In this document: piece by piece, positions 28,151 to 40,797 of the stretch
Layout of the letters: each line of letters starts with the position of its first letter
Position numbering within the stretch: the first letter of the stretch is position 1
Assembly: GCF_009834535.1 (NCBI RefSeq)
Contig: NC_045707.1
Coordinates: forward strand, 53,942,001-54,006,000
Reading direction: 5' to 3'
DNA: 64,000 bases
DNA from: Camelus ferus
Taxonomy: Eukaryota
Program-made: the position numbers and the translations under genes
The notes under the pieces: model-generated
Databases searched by the model: none
Told to the model about the DNA's origin: nothing
What the model saw: only the letters and a program-made list of their open reading frames with translations

Positions 28151-29229
28151 TTTTTTTAATGTACTAATAAAATTGGGTAATTCTGACTACCTTGTAAGCA
28201 AGAATTGCAGAGGGTAATTTAAAAGTTTTCATTATCTGGTCTTTATGATCCTTAAATGTAAGAAAGAAGTGGGATTTAGCAAAAAAAAAAAAAAATCTTA
28301 ATTAGGCCAGGCTTGAAAATTGCAATAAATACGATGGGGTTGCATGGATTGGCAAGGGAGTCTTAGCAAGATGTAACAGGGAAGAATCAGTGTTGGAGCA
28401 ATTATTTTAGCAGTATGCTCATTTTCTTCACGTAAATGATGGCCTGGTCACTTGTAGGCAGATTCACTCACGAGGCAATGCTCCTGATACTTAGACTTAA
28501 CATTGGCAATGCATGGTGGATGAAAATCCTTCACACATGGCTTCTTCCTCCACAAAGGAAGTTTCCTATAGGTTTTGTTTTTTTATTTGCTTTTGCTTTT
28601 TCCAGTCAACAAAAGGATGGAGATCACGTTTTTGAAAGTAAGCCCTTGGAAAGAAGCCACAGAGCGATGTCAGCAAGCCTAGGCCTGCTTTCTCATCCAC
28701 AAAGCAATGAATTTATTTTATTTTCCTTTGTGCTGAACAATATACGTGGAGAAATAGACCCTAGGTTCATGGGAAGTAAAGACTGAACTGGATTGCTAAT
28801 CAGCATTCTGAGTTGTGCTCAGGAATGTTCTGACTGTATTACATTGACCCCCAAGTAGATGAAAAAAAAAAAAAGTACATAAAAGAATTGGTTGATGAAT
28901 GTAGGTATGGGTGGCAGTTTCCTGTCGGTGGGCCAAGACTGGGCTGATGAAATGCTTTGAAGTGTTTGCCTCAAAACAGAATGCTCTATATAGTGAGGAA
29001 AGTTTCAGACAAAGCTGTATATAAATACTACTAACTTGAGGACACTATGATATTTTTTAGACAACAGGTATTTTTGTCCAACAGGTTCATTGTCTTTCTC
29101 CTATATATTTAACTTCTTCCAGTTTCTATTGGTTCTTTGCTTTTAGGATGAGTAGATATAGACATTGATTTAAATGTAGATTTAGATAGAAATATAGATG
29201 TATGTATGTATATGTTCAAGGCTCTCAAT

Positions 29230-30110
29230 TCTAAACATTATCTAATGATCCAATTGACACCAACCTAGCTCTCTACAGTTTCTCGATAAACTCTTGACTT
29301 ACCTTTCTTAGTTTCTTTTTTGGCTCTGTTATCAGGTTTCTGTCCCTGAATGATCATTCTTTTCTTTCCATACGCATACCCTCTTTGGCAACATTATCCT
29401 TCATGGCTTTAATCAAAGTCTGTAAACTCAGTAGCCTCAAATGTGTATTTCCAGGTTGGACCTTGAACCTACCTTCCAGAATAGTTAATATTTCAAACTC
29501 AACATGATCAATGCCAAATTACATGTCATCTCTTGTTCCCCATACCTGTTCATGTACAAAACCCCAATTAATGAAAGATATGTCTGCAGAGATACCAATA
29601 CCCAATATTGCTTACGGGAGCAACAAAAAATCAAAGCATATGCTTCCCAGTGGCTTCCAGAAGCTTCTGGTCCTTGAAAGTGCTACTGATGTGCAACAAA
29701 TCTTACTGTGCTGAGGTTGCTCATTATGTCTTCTCCAAGAACCACAGAGCCATTGTGGATAGAGAAGCCCAGCTAGCCATCAGAGTCTCCAATTCCAGTG
29801 CCAGGCTATGAAATGAAGGAAGTGAATGGACAGCTCGTGTGCGCATTGTATTTGCGTTAGTAAAACCATAAGACGCTGCAAAAAACAACAACAACCTTTG
29901 AGTCAGTTTATACCCTACATTTTCCCTTCCACTTAATCACCAAATTCTGATACTTATGCTTTTGCACTACCTCTCTTTTCCTATAGCAACTGCCCTAGTT
30001 CTGGGCTATCAATAAATCTTACCTGGACTATTGAAACAGTCATTTAATTGGCTCCTTGCCTCCATTCTTACCCATCGTTAATTCACCTTTGATGCCATTA
30101 CTAAATAACA
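29230..30110 (+). mobile_element. L2 fragment split by the RPL32 retrocopy
   Basis: catggctttaat, tcaaactcaacatg and ..aaaacc precede the insert. ctttgagtca.., aatcaccaaattct and cttacctggactattg follow it. Confidence 0.7.
29587..29894 (+). pseudogene. RPL32: 5'-truncated processed pseudogene of 60S ribosomal protein L32
   Basis: Two overlapping frames give [24 protein letters not shown] and [43 protein letters not shown]. These match the RPL32 C-terminal half ([80 protein letters not shown]). Lesions: loss of the HNVKE codons, a 1-nt frameshift, a premature TGA at 29809-29811, and the native stop decayed to TGG. A 3'UTR-like segment, a decayed polyA signal (AGTAAA) and an A-rich tail (~29880-29894) follow. 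Confidence 0.96.
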
Positions 30111-31239
30111 GAACGTGAAAGAATATTCGATTTCTACAAAAAAAGTGTGATTTGACTATTTGAAAACAATTTCAAGGAGTGATTAACCACATTTCTATAC
30201 TTGGCATATGTCATTCTTCAGGTCATCAAGTATAGAATATGATTAGTCTGTAAAATAATAAGTTCATCACCCCCATAGCTACACTCCCACAAGATTTCCC
30301 TTGGAAATCTACCTCTGCGCAAATGCTCCCTCTTACTTGAAGTGGAAAGGTTCTTCCTGAAGTGTTTTTTTTTTAAAGTGTTATCATTCTCTATTTGGCT
30401 AAGATGTTGTTCTAAAGGCATACATCCACCCCTCATCACCATGCCAATGAGGAGAATTACTCTTGTCTTTCATCAGAGAATAAGTGATCCATTGACATAC
30501 ACTGCCAGAGAAAATCTGTCTGAACTCCTCTTCCACTCCACTCTTAGCTCCATTTGACAGCAAAGAAGTCTACCCTCACCCAGGAACAAGAGACCTAAGA
30601 GAACTTCTGGTTATGGAGGTTAAGAAGGAAATAGAATGAGTTTCTAATCTTGGGGGTTGGAAATAGCTTGGAATTTAATTTGCATCTATAGTTTTGATTC
30701 CTTAAATTGTGAACCCTTAGTGGAGAGAGAAGCAGAGAAAGGAAGGTAAAACTTTGACTTAAAAGGATTGAGCTCAGAAAAGGCATAGAATGAGAAATTT
30801 TGGAGTCCTCTCCTCAGTGGAATGCTTCTGGTACCTAGCTAAATCCTGAACAGTCTGTTGCCCATCAAAAGTTCACGGCCATAAAAAGTTAATCACACTA
30901 TTGAATAACATTTTTAAAAAGTGTAATAGGCTCCACTACCAAGAAGAAACATCTTGGAAAATATACACTATCAAGATCACATTCCAAAATTAGATACCCT
31001 TTCATGAAAAAAAGGCCCAGACTGACAAAGTAGAGTATTAGATATACTTTTAGCATACCCTCTGGGTTTTATCTGATTCTATAAATAAGTATAGCTTTAA
31101 CTGGCTTTCTTTTGATTATGCCATTTTACATATCTATTAGAAGAGAATATAACTCATAAAAAATGATGGCAGTGCAAATCAATATTTCCCAGTAAGGAAA
31201 AGTAAACTTGGTTTTTACCCCATAGAAAAGATAACACCA

Positions 31240-31407
31240 TATACAAGATCTTGTGGTAGCTCACAGCAAAAAAAAAAAAAAGTGACAATGAATATATGTA
31301 TGTTCATGTATAACTGAAAAATTGTGCCCTATACTGGAATTTGACACAACATTGTAAAATGACTATAACTCAATAAAAAATGTTAAAAGAAAAAGTTTAA
31401 AAAAACC
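31240..31407 (+). mobile_element. Short 5'-truncated young L1 3' end with TSD
   Basis: L1 3'UTR terminus (...gacacaacattgtaaaatgactataactcaataaaaaa) with A-rich tail. Perfect 11-bp TSD AGATAACACCA at 31229-31239 and 31408-31418. Confidence 0.88.
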
Positions 31408-32582
31408 AGATAACACCAAATGTCCTAATATTGTTGTATAGAAGACTAAGGTGTTTTGAATCCATTAACAAATTAATTTCAGCATTTCTGAAGGCTTGAT
31501 TGCCAAATTCTCCTTTGAATTGATTATTACAACTTACTAGTTCCCTCATTAATTAATAAATTAAATAAAACTTTGCCCCCTGTTCATTTTAAATGAGTCA
31601 TAATTTTACCTTTTTGAAAATTATAATTTAGTAGCTTTATAGTCAGAAGGAAGTCCTAGGAAAACCAATCAATAAATTTAGTGAATCCTCTGATAGGAGG
31701 GTTCAAACGTCTTGTCACACGGCCCATGAAAGGTGATTTATTGCCTTATTTCACACATATCTGTACATCAAGAATATGAAGTAGGAGACTCTTGCCAAAC
31801 AAAATGATATTACACTTTTGCTATCTAGATGTGTAGTATTTCTAAACATAGAAAACTTTAGAGTTTGCCTAAAGGCAGCAGGTGCTGGGTAATTTTTATC
31901 ATTTGATTTCTATGTAAATGTCTAATTTCTTAGCAGCAATGAGGCAACATTTTTGACGAAAGGGGTAGAATTTTGGTAGAGGAATTTTTGTGATAAAGAT
32001 TAATGTTGATTGGAGTACACATTTATAAATTTAAATTACTTGAACCTTTTCATGAATGGTACAGTGTATCATTACCAAACAATAACAAAAATAAATAAAT
32101 AAAGCTCCCCTTTCCTCGAAATAGCTATCCAGCCATTAGACTCAATCAAATCCAATTTGATTTAACATTTTTAATGCACCTATACTCTGATGAATAAGGC
32201 AAAGCATTTGGCTCTTTCAGTGCTAAAAGAAATAGATAAGGCAAGCATTTTACCTGCAGGAGCTCCAAATCAGGTAGGAGAGAATGAAATGAATAACTAT
32301 AAGTAAAATGCAAGGTAGGAAACTAATTCTCATATAGACCTTTCTCTCATTTATGGATGACTGATACACTCTTTGAAATAATGTAGTGATGATGTTTCTT
32401 TCTTTCTTTACAATAGGCATTCAGATTAATATGAGAAATTCAAAAAATAAGAGACTACACAAACATTTTGTGAAGTAAACATCAGTACTTTTTAGGAGCT
32501 CATTCCAGTGCCCCAGTGAATGAAGCAGGCAGGGATAACTACTCAGGGCAAGATGACAGATGCCTAGGAGACAGCACCTTCC

Positions 32583-32879
32583 TAAGAATTCATCCATTTT
32601 TCTTCTATGTTGTCCATTTTATTGGCTTAGAGTTGCTCACAGTAGCCTCTTATGATCCTTTGTGTTTCTGTTGTGTTGGTTATAACTTCTTTTTTATTTC
32701 TGATTTTATTGGTTTAGGCCCTCTTCCTTTTCCCCTTGATGAGTCTGGCTAAAGGTTTATCAGTTTTGTTTGTCTTTTCAAAGAGCCAGGTTTTGGTTTT
32801 ATTGATCTTTTCTGTTGTATTTTTAGTCTCTATTTTATTTATTTCTGCTCTGATTATGATGATTTCTTTCCTTCTACTT
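32583..32879 (-). mobile_element. Internal L1 ORF2 fragment (region between endonuclease and RT)
   Basis: Minus-strand translation SRRKEIIIIRAEINKIETKNTTEKINKTKTWLFEKTNKTDKPLARLIK is a canonical L1 ORF2 segment. Confidence 0.9.
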
Positions 32880-33535
32880 AGGATTAGGTCTTTGTCTTCT
32901 AGTAAGATTTTACCTCTAGACTGTGAACTTCACAAGTGTTGCTGTTTTTCTCTACCTCCTTAGGTGGGATTGGATGACTAGGGCCAGCTGGAGTTGGGTG
33001 TGTCCCTTCCCCCAGAGCAGGGAGGCTCTGATATTACCCCAGCAGCTTAGACTCTGTTAATTAGTTTCTCCTGAAGGCAGGTCTTATTAAGGAGAACAGA
33101 GTGTTTCCATGAATTTCAAGATGGCTCCCTCTCCCTTCCCCTGCTGAAAGCCTGCGGGGATTTTTATCCAGTACTTACTAGGTCTACTCGAGTTCCTGGA
33201 AGTAAATTTCCCAGAGTGAGAGCCCCTCAAAGACGGGGCTCCCATATGACTTGTCTACACTGAGCCTCCAGCCATTCGTCAAGTACAGTTGAAAGTTTCA
33301 TTCCCAGAGCTGGTTCCCCAGCGGTTTCTCCTCCGTGAGTCTCTGCTCTGGTAAGCCACGGCTCCCTGTATTCGTCTGTTTGTCTTCTTAATCTTGAAGG
33401 CTGCCTTTTGCTCTGTGTCTTCCCGTCTGCTTTGGATGTGAGATATGTTGTTGATTTTTCAGTCTGTTCGGCTTTTTACTTGTTTGGACAGAGTGGTGAC
33501 TTTCCAAGCTCCTTAAATGGGCAACTGGAAACCCA
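32880..33535 (-). mobile_element. Old L1 5'-end-like sequence (L1M-type)
   Basis: Resembles recalled L1M 5' region sequence in reverse (gactgtgaacttcacaagtg, ggccagctggagttgggtg, ttccaagctcctt..atg..caactggaaacc). Family is uncertain. Confidence 0.55.
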
Positions 33536-34039
33536 CCATTCCTATTCCTCTGTTGAAGGACATTTCCAATAGTATTTCTGGCTTTTAAGATACTGTGTTG
33601 TCAAATCTACTATACTTTACCAAACTGTTTTTAAAGGTTAGACCGAATTACCCTCCCATGAGCAGTGCTGGAGTGTTCTCTCTCCGTTTTCTCAACAATA
33701 TCTGGTATCATCAGATTTTTATCTTTGCTGGTCCAATAGATGTGAAAAGGTATCTTATTGTTGTTTTAATGTGTTGGTATTACATTATTCTTATTTTAAA
33801 AATGAAGACTTTAAGACACAACAAAGTTTCATAACTTAAAGTCATAGACCTGGGAGGGATTCCTAGAACATTGAAGAGGAAATTTGGGTCTCTGAAATAA
33901 AACCTTTCCCTGTTGCTAATTCTCTCCAAGCTTGATTTGACTTGTATTCAATAAGTTATGAAAAGAACATTAGCCAAACATAATCTGACTTTTGAAAACT
34001 TTCAATCTGAAGTGAGCTCTTGAGAATGTGTGTTATTAA

Positions 34040-34220
34040 AATAGAAAAAGTACTGGGCTCGGTAAAAGGTTTGGGTAGTACATCTGATTTGACACCAGAT
34101 AATTGCAGAGTTGGGTAGACATTTAAACCATCTGGTACTTAGTTTGCTCACCTGTTAAATGAGGGGGGAGTAGGACCAAGGGATTTTATGTCTCATTTCT
34201 AAAACAAAATTTTAGATTCC
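34040..34220 (+). mobile_element. MIR SINE (degenerate)
   Basis: ttgggtagacatttaaac..tctg..acttagtttgctcacctgttaaatgagg. Confidence 0.65.
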
Positions 34221-34803
34221 ACCCTCACTCCTAATTTATAAGACAAATGAAAGCTAAGCAACTTTGGTTAAAAAGGTGTGGGAGGTTGGCCTGGTCGTCC
34301 CCTCTTTCTCTGTGTCATTCATGACACCTCTGTGGGAGTTTCCCAGGATTGCAAGTAATACAGTTTAAAAACCACTCTGCAAAATGTCTCTGAGACCGTT
34401 CCCCAGTATTAATAACCTGCAAAAGTGCATATAGGTCTTCTCAAAAATGGTCCAATGTTGTCAAAAACAGATGTTTCCTGAACTTGAAACTGCTTTTATC
34501 CTTAGTCTTGTTATACCGTGAGTCAGTTTGCATCCTTTAAACCCATGACCACACTTAACAAAATTGATAATGCTGGCATTTGTCCTAGGATTGTCAGTTT
34601 TTATTTACACTGGTAAAAGCCCTGGGGAAAATGTTCTGGATTAACTGATCCATGAGAGATGCATTTTCATACACGTGAGGTATTACTCTGGATCTAAACA
34701 TTGGTTGGTTACCACTTCTTTACCCAAATGTTATAGCTATAATGTCTAACCCCAAAATGTAGTAGATGAAATTCCAGAAGCATTTTTAGTACGCTATATG
34801 ATA

Positions 34804-34960
34804 GTTGGTTTCAATAATTCTGTGCTAACTATTTTAAATGGTGCCTTCTTTATTAAGAAAAAAACAAAATGGATTTAAGGTTGGTTTGAATCTTTCTGTG
34901 CTATTTTAAATAGTTTCTTCTTCAACTCTTTATTAAGAAAAAAAACAAAATGGATTTAAG
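34804..34960. repeat. Imperfect head-to-tail tandem duplication (~76 and ~81 bp units)
   Basis: Both units read gttggttt.aat..ttctgtgcta..ttttaaat...ctttattaagaaaaaaa(a)caaaatggatttaag (34804-34879, 34880-34960). Confidence 0.9.
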
Positions 34961-35762
34961 GAAGCCAATTAAAATATATTTTGTTTTATTTTGCCGATTT
35001 TCTTTCAACTTTTATACTATCTTTTCTTGTGAGAATAAATCAGTTTACATTTTTGGTAGAGAGAGATCTTTTACATTTTTAATATTCAATTCCCAGCAAA
35101 ATGCTCCTTAATGCAGTAGAAAGCTTGTAATACTTAGTCCCTTGGTTTTGAAAAGCATTCATGCTATTAAACCTAGTGATCAACATGCAGGCACACATAT
35201 TTATTAACTGGTATCTGAAGTATTTTGGAATAGGAAAAAGTATATGTGGAACTGATAGAAAAAAATTACGCAGGGATTGAAGACTAAGCAACATGATGAA
35301 TAATTTATTGCCCTCGGATAATTTTTTTTTTTTATTCATGAAAGCATGAAAAATTAAGCCACCGAACTATTTGCCTCTCCTAAGGGAAAGAAAACCACCA
35401 AAGCCATTAATATCATATCACTTTAAGAGAATTGGACCTCAGGTTGGAATTTTTTTGAGTGGTGACAGTAAACTCTCAGACTGGGCAACTGTGTGCAGAG
35501 TGGTGCTGTATAAATCTGTCTGTGTTAATCAGAGAACAAGAAACAGTAAAAATAATGAGGAAAAAATAAGAGTTGCTTTTCCTAGAAATTAGATATTCTC
35601 TAATTGGGTATTTTTAGTGTTAAAGGAGACCCTCACACAGGAAAAATAAGAAGCAAAAGAAATGGAAAAACCAATACATGAACCAATACATTGATCAAGG
35701 AAGAGATTTAAAGGAAAAAATGAAATTGTTACTTCATACCAAGATAAAAAGTAGAATACTAT

Positions 35763-36054
35763 GACATAGAAAATAAACTAAGGTTACCAAAGGAGAAAGG
35801 ATGGGGAGGGGTTAAATAAATTAGGGGTTGCAGATTAACAGACAGACATTACCGCATGTAAAATAGATAGACAACAAAAACCTACTGTATAGCACAGGGA
35901 ACTATATTCAATTTCTTGTAATAACATATAATGGAAAAGAAGCTAAAAAGAAAAAGTATGTCTGTATATGTATAACTGAATCACTTTGCTGTACACCTGA
36001 AAATAACATTGTAGGTCAACTACACTTCAATAAAAAAAATTTTTTTAGGAGGAG
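35763..36054 (+). mobile_element. 5'-truncated artiodactyl-type L1 3' end with TSD
   Basis: ggttaccaaagg...cctactgtatagcacagggaactatattcaa...ctgaatcactttgctgtacacctgaaa...cttcaataaaa. TSD AGAATACTAT at 35753-35762 and 36055-36064. Confidence 0.9.
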
Positions 36055-36819
36055 AGAATACTATTTAGGCATGAAAGTGATATTTTGGAGATGACTTTAG
36101 GATTCTAAGCATCAGAGAATCTCTTCAATAAATTTTCATCACTTTCTTCCTATGAATAATTGAAAAAGTTGAAGTATTTTATTTTTGCTCTAGGACTCCC
36201 CTAAGGTTTACTAAAAATATTGTTTTATAATAGAAAAAAAGGTAATAACATAAACATTAAACAATTGGGGTATAATTAAAATATTTTGTAGCTCAACCAT
36301 ATGCTAGTGTGCTCATTAAAATTACATCTGAAGACCTACTAAGAACTATTTTTTAAAATAATAGTTAATGATATGGGAAATCCTCATCTATAATATTATG
36401 TGAGAAAGAAGTAGACTAGAGTGAAGTGGGAAGTTTGTTCTCAGTTTTATAAGAAAAATGCATATTTACATATTGTATATATAGAAAAAGGATGGGCAAG
36501 AAATAAACCACAATTCATTTTCCAATCAGTAAATATGAACATTATAAAAATAGACAAGCAGTTTCTTTTGGTCATGACTATGCCTTTATGATAAAATCCC
36601 TTACACAAAAAATTTCTTTCCTTTTTGTTTCTTTTTCCCTTAATTCTTTGTCCCATATCACAGTGCCTGGTAGCTAATAAATTTTTAATAACTATTTACT
36701 GAATATGGAACTGTATTGTCTTGAGTTTAAGACACAGGAAATTCAAATGAGGAATAAAATGTGATTAATTTCTTGGTCTTGTACTGGGTTATCTTAATGA
36801 GGGGTTTATTAATTTCTAT

Positions 36820-37020
36820 GGACTACTGCTTAAGACTGCAGGCTCTGGGATATAAATGACTGGGTTCAGATCCAGTCCAATACTCAGCGGTGTGAGCAGG
36901 GACACATGGCTTAGCCTCTCTATTCCAACTCATTTTTTTATGGGTGTTTTAGAAGCACTGAATGAGATGGCCCTTGTAAAAGTGCTTAACATAATGTCTG
37001 CCACATTGTAAATGGTTATT
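36820..37020 (+). mobile_element. MIR SINE
   Basis: ggctctggga...ctgggttcagatcc...tgtaaaagtgcttaacataatgtctg.cacat.gtaa. Confidence 0.75.
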
Positions 37021-39039
37021 TTACACTGAACAGTGTTTTTATTATGAAAACAAAAATTATAAACTCAATTTAGGTTGTTTAAAATGAAACTGGATAAACA
37101 CTAAGTCACAAAGCACAGTAATTTCTAATGAGATGCTTTAAGGGGCTAGAAGATTATTGTGACAAATATTTTAAGAATTTAACATAGTCATTACTTTATT
37201 GTAAATATAAGAAAGATTCTGTAAAGTAATATGTATGTGTAATCCCACTTATAGAGGTTTTTTAATCTATCTGTCCTGTCTATCTCCCTCCATCCACGCA
37301 TCCGTTCATCCAACCACCCATCCATTTAACCATCTGTAGAGATCTCTAGAGTGAAAATAACACTGGTTACTTCTGAGTGGTGTGATTTAAGTGATTAATT
37401 GCCTTATTTTTTTTACACTTTCCTGTAATTGTTGAATATTTCATGAATATGTATAGTGTTTTGTAAAAGCTATAGGGGTATTAGTTTAAAAAGCATAGAA
37501 TAAAAGTGAATGTCAACTCAGCCTCTGTTACAATAATTATAAATGTAATTTAGTGGAACAGAACTAACAAAATTCCACTGTATTTGTATTCTACAGGCAA
37601 AAGAGTGATGGAATTGAATGTGTACTATTACCTTTTCATGATACAGAGTAGTAGAATAAATTTAACAGAGATTTTTTAATTAAGAGAGATGAGACTTTCA
37701 TACATTTTTAAAGCTTCATTTTGCATCAGAGGAATATGCCTTATGTTCTGAAGGATTTGAGCAATGTGTCTTACACATAGATCTACAGAGAGTCTATTAC
37801 AAAAAGATATATTGAAGAGAATCATTTGAAATTATTTCTGTGTTATTTCTAACACTAATATTTTTAATGCAAATGAGAAAGAACCACCTCATAATTGCTG
37901 AGTAACATAGGAAATACCTATACAGTAAAACCCCAATTTTTTAATCCCATTTACGTGAGCTCAAAGGTATTAACAACTACAGCTGCTCACTGTCGTGGGT
38001 GCTGTAGTGTGTCTCCCACATTCCCATCCAGGGATAAAGTTCTCAGTCCCCAGCTATTTAGCAAGGATTTTCCTTCATCTCAATAGAGCTGCTTTCAAAA
38101 AGATATACCCCTTCCTGGAGGGCAATGGGCCATGTCTTGGCCCCCCTTCCCATTGCAACCTCCTCAAAAAGTTGGTTACCCCAGTAATGCTAGATGGCAT
38201 ATTTATAAACTTACTTCTTGATTTAATGACTTTAAGTAGCATCTATATACCAACCACTAGAAAAACTGACAAATTTAGTGTAATCACTTTTCAATTTTTA
38301 AGAATGTCTTTCATATAAAAATTAAGAGGTGATAATGAGAGGTACACAAATTAAGTAAGATGGGAAGAAAAAGTAGGGTGTGAATAACTCTATCTAGGAT
38401 GACTTCATAGCCTGCCTAAAATTCAAAGGGCAGAGATGAGAGTGAAGGGCACTCTAGAAGGAACTTAGAGGACACACAAGATAGGTTGTATCAGAAAATG
38501 CCAAGTCAACAGTTTTTTGTTTTTTGTTTTTCCATTGAAGGATATGCTGAGAGAAGCACACTAAATGGGGTTTGGGCCCTGACTGTAAAGAGCGTGAAAT
38601 GGAACACTCAGGTGCTGAAATTTTACTCAGGCCACAGAGAATACTTTAAATTTATTGAGTGGAGATGAGCTATGATCGAACTCTGCTTTAGTTAAATTAT
38701 ATTGGCCAAATTTTCAAAGAAGTCATGTGGTAGGTCAAGATTTCAGTTATTAGAAGGCTATTCAATTTCCAGGTGAACGATAAAGAAGATCTGCTCTACA
38801 GTAGGTTTTGTGGAAATAAAAAGACTTTTTTGTGAACTTATGAATGCTGGTATTTTTGTCTTTCAAAATGCAGTGTAATTGGTTAATTTTTACATATATA
38901 CTGTAGCCCAGAGTGAACTAATATTTTTAGATTTGTTTTTAACTTGAGTCTGGTTCAATTATAACAAAAAGCTTGCCGTATTTGGTTCTAAATGACTTTA
39001 TTGATTTTCATTATGGCCTTTTTAATGTTTTATTTTATC

Positions 39040-39185
39040 TTTTAGTACCTTTATTGTGGTATGATTCCTGTACAGTAAACTACAGATATGTCAGATAATA
39101 CAATTTGATGAATTTTGATAGATGTATACACCAATGAAACCATCACCACAATCAAGATAGCTAACATTTCCATCACTCCCCAAGA
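39040..39185 (-). mobile_element. Old L1 (L1MA/MB-type) 3' end
   Basis: tttattgtggtatgatt...gaaaccatcaccacaatcaagata..aacatttccatcac is the reverse complement of an old L1 3' terminus. Confidence 0.75.
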
Positions 39186-40797
39186 GGTGCAGATTTTGAA
39201 TTCCCAATTTATCCCTTCCCACGCCTTTTACCCTCTGGTAACCGTAAGTTTGTTCTCTATGTATGTGAGTCTATGTATGTTTTGTAGATAAGTTCATTTG
39301 GGCCCCTTTTTTTAGATTCCACATATAAGCAATATATGGTATTTTTCTTTCTCTTTCTGGCTTACTTACAATGACAGTCTCCAGGTCTATCCATGTTGCT
39401 GCAAATGGCATTATTTTATAATCTTTTATGGCTGAGTAGTATTCCGTTGCATAAATATACCACAACTTCTTTATCCAGTCATCTGTTGATGGACATTTAG
39501 GTAATTTCCATGTCTTGGCTATTGTACATAGTGTTGCTATGAACATTGAAGTGCATGTATCTTTCCAAATTTCTCCATATATATGCCCAGGAGTGGGATT
39601 GCTAGATCATATGGTAAGTCTATTTTTAGTCTCTTGAGGAAACTCCGTACTGTTTTCCATAACAGCTGCACCAAAGTACAGTCCCACTAGCAGTGTAGGA
39701 GGGTTCCCTTTTCTCCACACCCTCTCCAGCTTTTATCATTTTGGACTTTTTAGTGATGGCCGTTCTGACTGGTGTGAGGTGATACTTCATTGTAGTTTTG
39801 ATTTGCATTTCTGATAATGAGCAATATTGAACATCTTTTCATGTGCATATTGTCCATTTGTATGTCTTCACTGGAGAATCACTTGTTTAGGTCTTCTGCT
39901 CTTTTTTGGATTGAGTTGTTTGTTTTTGTTGTTGTTGTTGTTATTATTAAGTTGTATGAGCTATTTATATATCCTGGAAATTAAACCTTTGTCAGTCACA
40001 TCATTTGCAATTTTTTTCTCCCATTCAGTAGGTTGTCATTTTGTTTTACTTATGGTTTCCTTTACTGTGCACAAGCTTATAAGTTTAATTAGCTCCCATT
40101 TGTTAACTTTTGCTTTTATTTCTATTGCCCAGGTAGACTGTCCTAGGAGAATATTGCTAAGATTTATGTCAGAGAATGTTTTGCCTTCTAGGAGGTTAAT
40201 GGTATCTTGTCTTATATTTAAGTCTTTAAGCCATTTTGAGTTTATTGTGTATGGTGTGAGGGAGTGTTCTAACTTCATTGATTTACATGCTGCTATCCAG
40301 TTTTCCCAACACCACTTGCTGAAGAGACTGTCTTTCCTCCATTGTATATTCTTGCCTCCTTTGTCAAAGATTAATTGACCATAGGTCTATGGGTTTATTT
40401 CTGGGCTCTCTATTCTGTTCCATTGATCCATGTGTCTGTTTTTTATGCCAATACCATGCTATTTGGATTACTTTAGCTCTGTAGTACTGTGTGAAGTCTG
40501 GGAGGGTTATTCCTACAGCTTCGTTCTTTTTCTTCAATATTGCTTTGGCAATTCTGGGTCTTTTGTGATTCCATATAACTTTTAGGATTATTTGTTCTAG
40601 TTCTGTTTTGAAAAAAAAAGTCCTGTGTGATTTCATAGGAATCTCCTTAAATCTGTAGATTGCCTTGGGCAGTATGGCCATTTTAACAATATTGATTATT
40701 TTAATCCAAGAGAATGGGATATCTTTCTATTTCTTTAAGTCATTTTTAATTTCTTTAATGAATGTTTTTTATTTCTCCATGTATAAGTCTTTCACCC
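39186..40797 (-). mobile_element. LINE-1 fragment (ORF2 C-terminal part plus partial 3'UTR), disabled
   Basis: Minus-strand frames read [40 protein letters not shown] and MFIATL.TIAKTWK.PKCPS.DDWIKKLWYIY..EYYSAIK, all typical L1 ORF2 motifs. Multiple frameshifts and stops. Confidence 0.95.

Noticed and set aside
28011..28217. ORF with LFIY repeats
   Set aside because: Translation of the (TATT)n microsatellite.
29511..29811. Functional RPL32 gene
   Set aside because: The N-terminal part is missing, and it carries a deletion, a frameshift and a premature stop.
39827..40378. Longest ORF (183 aa, hydrophobic, plus strand)
   Set aside because: Antisense reading of L1 ORF2. The Leu run comes from a (GTT)n repeat.
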